Positions 13,178-25,700 of a DNA stretch of 64,000 nucleotides are shown one piece after another. Under the pieces are notes generated by a model. It ran no database searches, was not told where the DNA came from, and saw only the letters and a program-made list of their open reading frames with translations. This DNA is from Takakia lepidozioides (lineage: Eukaryota > Plantae > Bryophyta). Both the position numbers and the translations under genes were made by a program. The first letter of the stretch is position 1, and each line of letters starts with the position of its first letter. The stretch lies in assembly GCA_030704615.1 (NCBI GenBank), contig CM060733.1, forward strand, positions 26,226,001-26,290,000, read 5' to 3'.

Positions 13178-14500
13178 ATGCTGCGGGGGGGAGATGCCGA
13201 GGATGACATGGAATTGGAGGAGGAGGCGCCCACACATCTGAACACAAGCACATGCGGCCACTTTCTGGTGATCACGACTGACAAGCTTTGTGCGAAGTAC
13301 ACGGGCGATGGTCGGCATGGGAATGACGTGGGCGCCATACAGGGAAACCGTGCTGCCCCATGTCATCGGCTGCTCTATTACTTTGAGATGTCGATAAAGG
13401 ACCGGGGCCAGAAGGGTTATACTACCATCGGGTTCACGGATGAGCACTTCAAGAACAGTCGGCAGCCTGGGTGGGAGGTGAATAGCTATGGCTATCATGG
13501 AGATGATGGTAAGCTCTACCATGGGCCGGGCAGAGGCGACAACTTTGGCCCTACCTTCACAACCGGGGACACTGTAGGGGCAGGCATTAATTATGCGGCC
13601 CAAGAACTTTTCTTTACAAAGAATGGGAAGATGGTGGGCACAATCTTCAAAGACGTCAAGTCGTCTTTGTATCCAACCATTGGTCTTCACAGCCCCAATG
13701 AGAAAGTGGAAATGAACTTTGGGCAGCGTCCCTTTATGTTTGATGTGGAGGCCCTCGTGCAGGAGGAGCGTGAGCGGAGGCAGAGGGCAGTGGAAAATGT
13801 TACCCTGCCTCCCAGCGCGAGCCACAGTATTGTGCGTGCCTACTTGCTGCACTACGGCTACCATGACACGCTGGCTGCCTTCGATGCTGCTAGTGGGGGT
13901 TCCTTCCCTCCAGTTGTGTTCGCACCACAAGAAGATGGAAACGGAATACTTGACGATGATGTGTATGCTCTGGATCAGCGCAAGGTATTGAGACGTCTGG
14001 CCAGGGATGGCAACGTGGATAGCGTGTTTGCAAAATTGCGGGAGTGGTATCCCCAGTTGCTGCTGCAGGATCATTGCTCAACTGTCATCTTTCTTCTGCA
14101 CTGCCAAAAATTCATCGAATTGGTGAAATTAGGGTTGCTGGAGGCTGCTGTAGCATATGCCCGCACAGAGCTTGGATGTTTTTTTGGGATGTCAGGGGCT
14201 CAGGATGTGCACTTGCAGGACTGTCTGGCCCTGCTTGCCTATGAGCGGCCTCAGGAGTCACCCATGGCCTACCTCCTTCACTTTGGCCAGCGAGAGGTGG
14301 TGGCAGATGCAGTGAATGCATTTGTCCTAGCCACCAATCCCTCCCTCCCTTCGTCTGGAAAAACTCCAAAATCTGCACTGGAGAAGCTGCTACGACAGCT
14401 CTCAGCCTGCCATGTAGAGAAGCGCATTTTGAATGGTGGACAAGGTGAGGTGTTCAGATTGCACCGCATACTGCATGGAGGCAAGGATGGGGGCTGGTAG
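13178..14500 (+). CDS. RanBPM: Ran-binding protein M homolog (SPRY-LisH-CTLH-CRA; GID/CTLH E3 ligase subunit), uninterrupted CDS
   Basis: SPRY (YYFEM..GF..QPGWE.NSYGYHGDDG..FGP.FTTGDTVGAGIN), LisH (IVRAYLLHYGY.DT), CTLH (FLLHCQKFIELV) and CRA (ALLAYE.P..SP..YLL). The first in-frame ATG is at 13178. Confidence 0.93.
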   Translation: MLRGGDAEDDMELEEEAPTHLNTSTCGHFLVITTDKLCAKYTGDGRHGNDVGAIQGNRAAPCHRLLYYFEMSIKDRGQKGYTTIGFTDEHFKNSRQPGWEVNSYGYHGDDGKLYHGPGRGDNFGPTFTTGDTVGAGINYAAQELFFTKNGKMVGTIFKDVKSSLYPTIGLHSPNEKVEMNFGQRPFMFDVEALVQEERERRQRAVENVTLPPSASHSIVRAYLLHYGYHDTLAAFDAASGGSFPPVVFAPQEDGNGILDDDVYALDQRKVLRRLARDGNVDSVFAKLREWYPQLLLQDHCSTVIFLLHCQKFIELVKLGLLEAAVAYARTELGCFFGMSGAQDVHLQDCLALLAYERPQESPMAYLLHFGQREVVADAVNAFVLATNPSLPSSGKTPKSALEKLLRQLSACHVEKRILNGGQGEVFRLHRILHGGKDGGW

Positions 14501-16689
14501 GAGATACTACAGCTTGACCATCAGTTATATATCCCATGTTCAAGAACCTGTCTCATTCTTTTGTCATTCTCATTGGCATTGTTGATGGGCACATGATAGG
14601 GTAGCACATTGCAGGGATAGAGTAGAAGGGTGTACTGGAGGGGCCCTTTATAAATAACTTGAATTATCGGAGCGCAACAAGTGTGATGTGGTCAGTCTGC
14701 TTACAACTTAGTTGTAAACTTGCAGCATCATAAGATATTGCAGGGTTCTCTGAAGTTGCAAGATGCTTTAGGAGGGCTCAATTTTGATGCCCAAGAGATT
14801 TTTGCTAGTTTCCTAAGATTGTTTGTTGACATTATCACTACAGTTGCATCATGACTGTGGACAGGTACACAACTTTGTTCTTGAGGATTTCCTCTTGGTT
14901 AGAATCTTTTGCAGACAGCTCAACATTCGGACTAAATCAGGTGGCTGCCTGGCTGTTTGATGGCCATGAGTGAGTTGGGGTGTTGGCTATTTGGCCTATG
15001 GTCCACCTATTATTTAGTCTCCATGGTTTCAGCCAAGACTATGGATAGCTGAAAATGGGTACGTAACGGACAGCCCTCTCGTTGTGGTGGTCTTGGGGCC
15101 CTACCTCATCTCTCCTACAGGGGACATTCTCTTGCTGGTGGGATGATTGTCGTTGGGTGAACAGTCTTTCACCTGTCCATCCAGCCCAGGAGTCCTTTAG
15201 GTTTCTCAGGGATGCCTTCAGCGGACACATTTTCACAGCTCTACCGATGTCCCTCCAATTCCCTTGTGAAATTCATGATACTCAGAAAGTAACTTGGCTT
15301 GTTTATGAAGATCAATATACAGCAGTCTCCTAGACCCATCAGAGGGTTTCCAGTGATTCAACGACGTATGGATTGTAGCTAAAATTTACGATGGAATCTC
15401 TCCCCCTCTTGTCACCAATATAAAGTAGGGAAAATGTTGCTTGTGAGTACCTGTGCCATCCTCCAACTCCTCTGACATGCCCTTAGCCACCCATGTGAGC
15501 CATCCGGTGATCTCCAGCTCCAGTTCTATAATAGCATTTGGTATGTATACACATCAAAGTGGAGCCTAGTAAACTATAAGTCACATTTGAGAATTTGCAA
15601 ACTGGGTGGTCTGCTACCTGGCTATTGCTGTGGCTGTGAAATCCACACGGCCAAAAAACCAACGAAACTATTGAACGATCTGAATCAATAGAGATTATTG
15701 GTCCACAAAGAAGAATTTCATATGGACTCGGGTGATGGAGGTCTCTTGGCAACCAATAAATAGTTCTCTCCATGTCCAATGAACTGTAGTTTCTACTCCA
15801 TGAAGCCCTTCAACAACACCCTTGCTGTCCACCCCTCCTGCGACTGGCCGATGGGTTTCACTGGACAGAACTGCCACACTTCCTTGATGCAATCTCATGG
15901 CCTTCAAGAGGGGAAGTAAAGTCCCTTGAGGATGACTTCAACATATTGCCAAACTAAACAGTACAGCAAGTACATCCTGCGCACTAACCAGAGGTAAATT
16001 TCTTGGAAAGCTTTGTTGTGCAATTGCCATCAACTCTGGTTACATTGACCCTTATCAAAGATTGAATGACAATGAAGTGTATTTTTCACAGCTCCATTCT
16101 CAGTAGTAAGTTATAGTAATGCAGGTTACCAATTCATTAGGTCCTTCCAATATCCAGAGGTGTTTTCTCCCTACCAATATTGCATCCCCACGGTGGTTGC
16201 ACGATAACTCATAGTTTTCTGGAAAGGTTTTTGAGAATAGTGTGGATGCAGTAACAATGATCTTGTGTAGGTTTTTTGGTGTTCATGGAGAATAGAAGTT
16301 CAATTCCTCAAAAGAGAAAAACGATGGTTGCAAAAAAAAGAAAAGGATGGTTTACATTGTAAACTAGGATACATAAGCTCTGCTCTCATCTAAAGATGCA
16401 TTGTATGTATACATGCTCTCACTCATGAGCTTTTGAGCACATCCTCATAGAGAGAAAGACTCAGGCCAGTGCTCCCGTAGCTAAAAGACACTTAGTCTTG
16501 CGGCTAGGGCCCCTTTGGCGGGTGGGCCCTATGACATGACTCTTGAAAGTGGGCCCTACACTTGACTGATTGCTTTTAACAATGAGAAATTGATCCTAAA
16601 AGTTGCTGCTCTTGCTTTTGCTATGAAAATGTAGAGCTATAACTATGTGGCAACTACTCTCCTAGATCCACTTACTGTACTACCTACTC

Positions 16690-17405
16690 CCACATGATTA
16701 GAGTTTACTACTTCACATTATCCTCTTGAAATGTGCAAGTTTCTCTCGGACAAGACCCTTTGCCAAAATATATGTGGCCATTTTGTTGGTGCCATTGTAC
16801 ACAATACACCAGGTTAATTCTCTTTGTTCAACTTTCTTGCGCACAAAATAATGTTGTATCTCAATGTGCTTTGTCCGTGCATGAAAGGTTGGATTCTTCG
16901 TAAGAGAAATAGAACTTTGATTATCATCAAACATAGTCATAGGATCTTTTGACGATAACCAATGTCCTTGAGCAGTTTGCAAAGCCATTCTTTTGTAGCA
17001 TGAGTTGCTACCATATACGTAGCCTCAATAGTGAAAAGAGCAATAATTCTTTTTTTTTTTGCTGATCCAGTAGATGAAACCATTGAATAAAATGAATGTG
17101 CATGTTGTAGAGCGTCAACCATCAATATGTCATGCCCAATTTGCATCGCAATATCCAACCACGTTTGGACTACGATTTGTTAAATTGCTCATAATGTAGT
17201 GAAGCCCTTTATCAACAACACCTTTATATCGAAAAATCTCTTAGACCGTAATCCAATGCAATGGTTTGGGTTCAACTATGTGCTGACTAACAGCTCACAC
17301 AACAACAATGTAGTTCCAATCATTTCGTATATGAGACTGTCGACTGTACTCCGGTACGAGATAAATTGCATATTTTCCCTTGCCTCTCATTTTTTAATAA
17401 TTGGG
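16690..17405 (-). mobile_element. Ty1/copia pol remnant (RT C-terminus + RNase H), degenerate
   Basis: DNQSSISLTKNPTFHARTKHIEIQHYFVR, an IALFTIEATYM motif and a YRSTVDSLIY motif, with many stops and frameshifts. Confidence 0.85.
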
Positions 17406-17719
17406 ACTTGAATGCACCTATGGGCCCGGCCTGTACGGCCCATGGGGTGAGCTCATGAACCCACCTCCCTTTCACGGGGTCTAGATTCTGAATTTTTTCT
17501 AAGTCCTAGTTTTTTTAACGGCAGCGGACCCTTCTAGCTGACTCGCCAAACCCTCAACAGACGGACTCCAACTTGCGAGCGGACTGACCAGTGGACTTGC
17601 GATTGGCGAGCGGACTGACCAACAACGGACTCCAACTGGCGAGCGCCTAACTCCAACCTTCAAACCCTCCTCAAACAAAATATATACTTATAATTAACAC
17701 ACATTACCACCACAATGTC

Positions 17720-17785
17720 ACCTGCCAGGATTCGAACAACAAACCTCACTTACATCACAAGTTGCTCTTTACCATCTGACGAGCC
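17720..17785 (-). mobile_element. tRNA-like (Pol III A/B box) SINE head remnant
   Basis: Minus strand reads GGCTCGTCAGATGGTAAAG...GTTCGAATCCTGGCAGG, but no full cloverleaf is evident. Confidence 0.4.
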
Positions 17786-20440
17786 TTGGTCGCGCGCGGC
17801 CAGGGTGACGGCATACTAGCCTAGGGGGTCGTGGCAAATTGCGGTGTAGGTTGGGCTCAACGAACCGCCTACCCGGCTGCGGTAAGTGCAGGGTCCGTGG
17901 TAGCTATGGACGGAGCTAAACTGTCTGACTTCCTACCGGCAAAGCAAAGCAAAGCAAAGCTTAACAACTCCACTTCACAAGGCGATTTGCGTTTCCTAGT
18001 CCTACGTTTTGTTTATGGGTTTTCTACGTCTTTAATCGTAATTGTCTTCCAAGTCTTTGTTTATTATTACTTCCTACATGCCTGGACTCCCAACACGCTT
18101 ATAGCCGGGACGAACCTTCAAATCCCTTCACAAAACGAATCCCGAGCCCAGGGAGACGGGGATCATCTATCTCCCGCCCAATGCCCCCCCCCCCCCCCCC
18201 CCCCCCAAATCCCGAGGTGGAGTAGTGTCTTACCTCCTAGGAAAGGACCGGATCCGCTTTCCCAAGTCAGTCTCTCCTGCTTAAAGCGATCCAAAATTCA
18301 ACCTCAATGGTCAGTCCATCGGGTGAATGATAACAATTCAAACCTCTAAGTAATTCCCGAGATGTAATAAAACAATGGCCGGTCCTTGGCCCAAGGCCTC
18401 CCCAGCGGCCGGGTACTTGACTTCAAATATCCTCGGCGGAAGGGGCAATACCGCCCTTAAAACTTCCGTTTTTAAGTTAAGGAGGTCCAGATAAAATCCC
18501 TTAATAAAGGCGAATTACCCTGCTAAATAATAAAGAACAAATCATTAAAATATTCCTACAAATGCATGAAATTCGTAGAAATAGAGAATCGTCGTAGGAT
18601 GCTGGAACTAACTAAATTACCCTCAAGGTACCAAGGGAACGCCCTGGGAACGCCCTTTATGTCGGAAGCGTTGGGGAACCGTTCTCCACTTGGGAGCGCC
18701 CCTAAATTCCTATGCCAAACCACTCAAGAACGCATTAGCAACTTAAACCATCACCGGGCCATGATGAATGAAATATGCCGCCCATCAGATTCTCATATGC
18801 TCGCCACCCTGGTGTGTAAACAATGATTAAACATTCAGTGGGTCCCAGGGTCCATTCCCTGCGCCTCTTCCACCTACTTCCAACATAATCTGATTAATTT
18901 ATGCAGGCAACCAACCTAGAACGAAGTTGAAACATGTCATCTTCTACCTTGTGAAACCCCACCAGGGATTCTTTCCTCCCTGTCTATGGGCTCTCTCTCT
19001 CTGCCTATGGCATCCACCCGTGAGCCGTGCTTTCACAAACCCCGGAATACATATCAAATTGATGGCCTCACTAGGGCCTATCCAATGGTTCCAACCATTC
19101 CTTATCATTTGCTTAAACACGCCCTCATTCCCATGCAAGAAGAACACCATGAACAGTGCACAAGAAATCAAAGGCATAGGGAGAAAACCCCCCTTAAAAT
19201 ACCCGTCCTAGGGACCAACAGTCCTTGGCGGGGTCCTTCGTAATATCCAGCGGTTAAAACCGATACCCCGCGGCCAGCGCTACATGGCGCGGCGTGCTGG
19301 GTCTAGTGGGTAATATGTAGGCTCCGTCGTCTCTGCTGCTCGTGTCGTACCTGCGCGGGCCCAGCTATGGCGCCTGGTGCTGCCACACAGTGTACCAGCA
19401 ACCCGTACTTTGCTCGAGGGGTCAACTCCCCCCCACGGGGGAAGGCCGCGCCACCCGTGTTAGATGCGCATTTCCATGGCGATTCTAGGAAACCTCCTTG
19501 GTTGACCTCCAGCCCAAAGGCACCTAAGGCGCCGACACTTTAGTGTTGGGCTCTGCCTTTTTTGGCAGCTCTCTACAAAATAGCTTAACCACTTATAAAG
19601 CTAGTTAGCTTTGCCTCCCATGGTCCTCTATGGCCAGGGGGCTTATGAACATAGATATGAACTTAATAATATGGAAATTTTGGCGATAGCTTTGCCGTCT
19701 CATGCAATATGGTCATCGCCACTAAGCTAGGAAGGGAAATTTGACAAGAGCTTTGTCACTTCATGCAAGCTCGCCCTCTTGAGGACGAGTATGAGTGCCG
19801 GAGGAGGACCAGGCTTGAGTACCATTCTTCCGAGCGATTTAGTGCATCCCAAACACCACTTATTTCAGAGGGTGACTTACCATACTATCTTGACCTTTGA
19901 ATTCATTTCTTTCATTTGTTGTTCAAGCTTTATCCAAGAAAAGACCTTATAAGCATTGTTTGCTAAAAATCTATAAAAACTAACCCTCTTTCAAAGAGGA
20001 TGTGTGTGCATCTCTATATACATGTGTGAAGCCCCAGGAGACAGGGCCTTAAGAATCTAACCCAATTACGTCATGGAAGTGAGGGTAGATGTCCAATATT
20101 TCTTACAAAGCTATCGGTCATTTTTATATCACTAATCCATTAAAAATCCTTTGCAAAATCTAAGATTTTCTTACCCTTTACCCTTACCTTGCCTAAATTT
20201 GTATTTATCCGGCGGATATATCCGGTTTACCCAGTCCCGTTAAATAACCATAACTTCAGGTTCTATTTTGATAATACCCTGACCCGGGGTCTTCAACAAA
20301 TATGCATTAATAGGACCCGAACTCTTAGTATAGTATTTTGAAAAATAATAATACCCTGACCCGGCGGGTAAATGTTTAAAATAAAACAAGTTAGCCTTAC
20401 CCTGAGAATATATAAAAATCTAATACCCGCTCAACACACA

Positions 20441-20525
20441 TAGGGCCCACCCTTGAAAAGGGGCAGTAGCCGCAAGGCAAAGAGGCTCTTAGTTACGCTG
20501 GCTTCGGCCGGAGTCTTCTTCTTCT
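20441..20525 (+). mobile_element. Copy of the LINE 3' tail (structured ~85-nt terminus + TCT repeats)
   Basis: Closely similar to 39706-39794. Further copies lie at ~16455-16530(-), 58780-58860(-), ~3200-3250 and ~6268-6320. Confidence 0.75.
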
Positions 20526-20539
20526 GAACACAAATTCAC

Positions 20540-21180
20540 TTATTAACTTTTATAAGCTCTTTATTGTATATTCTAGACTGAAATGCAGAACTATTGGTGT
20601 GTACATAAATGCTAAATCTTTCGTTTCCAATCAATTCTAAGATTCACTAAATGATGTTGATCAACACATCTGATAGATTTATACCTCATGCATGCCATTT
20701 TACTTTGATACACTGCATTTTTTTTCATTTTTCCAGGAAGTTGTGTATTTTCATCTGTTTAGGAAAATTAAAAAAACGGTACAATCTCAAGTAGTTTCCA
20801 GGAGCATGGTATCAAAAGATAGATGTATATTTTATGTCTTAAAGATTTGTAAAGATCAATGCAAATGGTAATATCTACATGACGCATGTTGGCATTTCAT
20901 TTGTTATTATTGCATTGTATGTGGATGATGCTATTTTAATAAGTAATGATATGCATATCTTGAATTATGAGGTTAAAACATCTTTCAACATAGTTTGAGA
21001 TGATCATGGAGAGATCCATTATTGTTTAAAAATACAAATGCATCGCCATTGAGAAAAATGGACCATTCTCTTTAGCCAACGCAAATACATTGATGACATC
21101 TTGAAACGTTTCTCGATGGAGGAGTATAAGCCTGTCCACATCTCATTAGATACTAATATCTAACTATCTTTTTCATTGAA
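20540..21180 (+). mobile_element. Ty1/copia reverse transcriptase remnant
   Basis: ATTGCATTGTATGTGGATGATGCTATT translates as IALYVDDAI (YVDD motif), followed by SQRKYIDDILKRF and KPV. Confidence 0.8.
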
Positions 21181-22779
21181 AGATAATAGTGTCTTCAATG
21201 CGCATGCATGTGCCTGTGGCGGGGCCCACGTGTAGCAGAGCTGGTCTTGAAGGGTGGGAGCGCCCCTACCCGTCGGAGGGTCTGCTGCGGCTCGGTTTGC
21301 TGCTGGGTCTGCAAGGCAATGAGGTCTGCGCATAAAACATTAGTTATTTCCATGGTTTGTACACAACAAGCATTCGTGTCTTTTCCGAATCGATTGCGTG
21401 TCTGAAACCACTCCGGGAACAAAACTTCGCTGTCGAAGTTACTACTGGAGAGTCGCAACGGACAATGAAGGGGCACGGGGGCATTTCTAGTGCCGGATAG
21501 AAGTTGCGTCAATGAGTCCGCAGTCGTTGCAATAATTGCGGTTATTTAATTCAATTACGTAAATTATAAAAATTTAAAAAGCGGCAATTACAAGTGGTTA
21601 TAATTACTTCACATGCGACTAGAAATTTACATTCTTATTAGATTTAATGGAATGAAAATATTTATTCATTAAAATGAGTATACAGTCGAGTGGGCGACTC
21701 CATAAACCACTGCGAATTGATTACACCCGGGATTAGGGGGCACATTTGTTGACGTGTGTTTCACAAAAAGAGATGAACAATGAAAGTCCGTCAGGGAATA
21801 CATATTTTAATATGTACTGGCTCCACCTGGAAGTGACATGGATGGCCGTGCTGCGAGAGGCTGGATGGAAGAATGCGGCCCTGGCCGAGTGAATGCGAAT
21901 CCAAACTGTGGAGGGCCTTCGTATACTGCGAGTGCATGTAGTGGCTTCTCAGAAGTGTGTGACATCAGGGTCGCGGTCAGAGGAGGGACGCCATAGCTCG
22001 TAGCGCAAGGAGGGTCGGTTGTAAGCAGCAATGGTGAAGGCGGTGGTCCTCGTGCAGGATCGCCATGCCATGGAAGTGAAGTGTCTGCTTTGGGACTGAA
22101 TTCTCTGCAGTCCACACTCAGATCAAGAAGCTGGAAGAAGCGCGGAGGGTCCATTGGATAATCTGGTCTGTTTTGGAGAGTTTGCTGGAGGGTCCACTGA
22201 CTCTCCAGAGTCTGCTAGAGGGGGTCCACTATGTAGTCTAGTCCACTTTGCATAGTCCACTGAAAGGTCCACTCTACGTGTAGAGTGGACTCCAAGTCTA
22301 TTGTGGGTCTGCCCAGTCCGTTGGAAGGTCCGCCGCCATAGAAGAACAAGGACTTGGGAAAATTTCAGAAAGAACCAGAATTGATAACACACATTACCAC
22401 CTGACAATAATTGAATAGTGAACCTCATGCTCATTATTCATTGCTCTTAACCACCACACTACCCACTACAGACTACCACAACAAGCATTCATGTCTTTTA
22501 CGACTGAGGAAAGAACTCATTTTGAGTCGAAAATGATATAAAACAGGGACTCGACTCAAGTAGTAAACGACTAGTTGTACAACAGACATGGAAGTTGTAT
22601 CAGACATCCAATGATTGGAGTGCTAAAAACCGCAAACGCTTAAACGACTTTGAAACTTTAATTCCGATTATTGCTGGAGTAACCGGGCTAGCCGCCCGTG
22701 TGTCTGACTTTTTGGGCTGACTTTGACTTTTCCCTCCGCATGAGGGAATGACTCAGTGGACCGCGATGACACATGGACG

Positions 22780-25700
22780 TCCGAATTTATTGAATATTGT
22801 AAGTTAGCTCGTTGGGTGGATCTGGGGTGGTTTGGAGTGACTTTGACAAGTTACTGCTGGTGTGGCAGCAGGAAAGTACCCAAAAACAGATAACAAGATG
22901 AAGAGAAGAAATGAACACTTTTCCGACCCCAGTCAGTGGGGGAACAATAGAGATTAAAATGTGAGTGCTTGTTCGACTACAGAGAGAAGCAGTTGCATCT
23001 CATAATTGGAACTACTATTAAGTAGGGTTGGGGTGTTTTCTGGAAAAACCTCACGCCGCCAGTGCCAGCTGCTAGCAACAAGGCTGAGAGATGTATTCAT
23101 GATCTATACACGGGAAATGATAGTTGAGGGACCAAGATAGAGGTCCAGATTTATGTTCAAGTTCAGGCTGAGGGATCAATAGCTACAAGAAATCAGCTGG
23201 AGTACATGGTCAATTGTTGCAAGTGGAAACAGTAGCGCTACTATCACAATTAATAGAATGAGGTGCTGCTAATGTTCAGGCACCTTCCTCAACACATTTT
23301 CAGCCTGTTTTTCCAAGTAGGGTTGGGGTGTTTGCTAGAACAAATCTAGGCTGTCATCGTCAGCTGCTAGCAGCAAGACAATGATGTATGCATGATTTGT
23401 GTATAGGCATGGATAGCTGAAGGAGCAGGGATAGAGTGTGGGTGCAGATTCACCCAAGAGGGCTGGGCTTCAAGCTCCAGATTGACTATGTAGCTACAAG
23501 AAACCTGCATAAGATTGATGGTCAACTGGCAGCAGCGGCACAAATAATAAAATCAGACACTGCTAATGAAGGCATCTACTTCAACACATTTCACCTTGTT
23601 TTTCCCTCTTATTCGAATCGCCCTAAATTTCCATGTTGAATTCTGCAAGTTAGGTAGTTGAGTGAATCTAGTTGACATGATACTGCCAATGTAAAAACAA
23701 GAAAGTATCAAAAAACAAGTAACAGAGATGAGGAGAAGTTGTGCCCCAGTCAATGATGGGACAACTGAGGCAAAAAGGTGAATGCCTGTTACATTTCAGA
23801 GAGTAGCAGGCGCAATTCAGCATAGGAACCCGAACTAGTGTGATAAGCTGAGTTGGGTGTTTCCTACAACAAATCTAGGCTGTCATTGTCAGCTCCTAGC
23901 AGCAAGGCAAGGATGAATGCATGATTTGTGCAGAGGCAATGATAGCTGAAGGAGCAGGGATAGAGTGTGGGTCCAGATTCATCCTAGAGGGCCAGATTTC
24001 AAGCACAAGATTACCTATGTTTCCTTGTGGATCAATGGCTACAAGAAACCTCCATGGGTAGATGGTCTATTCCGTGGAACTCGATCTGTCACTGAAGTCT
24101 TGCATTATGAGGATCACAACTGCTTGGCAACTTACTTGCATGAGGCCTTGACTCTTAGGCAATCCCCAAAGCAATAGTAGCTTTAGGGCTGCTTTTTTAC
24201 TTTGGTTTTTTCATTTTGTCCCATAAGCTCTTTGAGTTTTTCACACATGTAATAAAGTACCATTTTGTTTCAATTTGTTTCATGGCATGTCTTTCATCAT
24301 TTTCGCATTTCTAATACATGATTAGTTCTCTTGTATGGCATTACATGCGTATGTACTAGTCGGCTCACTACAAACACCAAAACTTCAAAGCATGAACCAC
24401 TATGAACGATTGTTCAAGTAATTTCGAGCACTTCATTTAGAGTAGTAAAGCAGTGGTTGCTCCGACTTCCGTAGTCGCAGTTGCCACTGTGCATGTAACA
24501 CTGCAAGTTATGTGGTCGACTGCCACGTGGCGCCCCAGGCCCGTGGCCACGTGGCAGCAGTGTTGCTCGTCGCGACACCGCCACGTCGTCGTCCACGTCC
24601 GCGTCCGCTAAGTCTGATGAGAGGGCAAAATAGGCTGAAATAGGTCGAAGAAGAAGGTGCCCTCACCACATTTTCCTCGACCTTGTGTCATGACCCATGG
24701 AGAATTTGATTGACCATGCACCCAAGAGGACCTCTTGTGTGTGCGAGGTGTGTGCTGCTTCCACATGGAATTGTAGGCGATCTGAAGCTTGAAATCCGGC
24801 CCTCTTGGATGAATCTGGACCCACACCGCTCCCTACTCCTTCAGCTATCCATGCCTCTACACAAATCATGCATACATCCTTGCCTTGATACTAGCAGCTG
24901 ACAATAACACCCTAGAATTATTCCAGCAAACACCCCAACCCTACTTATCGCACTAGTTCCTATGCTGACTTGCGTCTGCTCCCAACAACATTCACCTTTT
25001 TGCCTGGATTGTTCCACCATTGACTGTAGTCGGAAACGTATTCATTCCAGAGCTTCTCCACATCTCTATTATCTGTTTTTCGATACTTTCTTGTCAACCA
25101 CATTGGCAGCAACATGTCAAAATCACTCCAACACCACCATAGATCCACCAACGAGCTAACTTGCAGAATTCAACATGAAAATTTAGGGACGACTCTGATA
25201 GCAGGGGTTAAACAAGGTGAAATATGTTGAAGAAGGTACCTTCATTAGCAGTGGCCTTGTTCTATCAATTGTGCTACTGCCGTTGCTGTTTCCAATTGAC
25301 CATGTACCACTTGTAGCCGTTGTGCTATTGAAGAAGGTGCCCCCCCTTCCCCCATCATTTGATCATAGGTCTCCAAAGCCTCCATACCATGCCCCTGTTG
25401 TGCATACCCTGCAAGCATCGCGTTCCATGACACCATATTTGGTTCAGCCATAGAGTTGAAAACTCCCTTCACATCCTTAATGCACCCACATTTGGCATAG
25501 ATGTCCACCAGGGCAGTGTTCAGGATGACATCTGGTATAATTCCAGCTTTGACAATGTCACCATGGACCTCTTTTCCCTTTTCTAGAGGTCCCAGGCTTG
25601 CACATGCATTGCAAACATGCGCAAGCGTGATGTGGTTGGGCTTCATCCCTTTGCGCAGCATTTGCTCATAGGTCTCCAAAGCATTCCTACCACACCCATG

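Noticed and set aside
13070-14074. 334-aa antisense ORF
   Set aside because: It is a shadow of the RanBPM coding strand.
17770-17815. Hammerhead ribozyme candidate (CTGACGA followed by a hairpin)
   Set aside because: The required GAAA after stem II is missing (GACG), and the CTGACGA overlaps a tRNA-like A box on the other strand.
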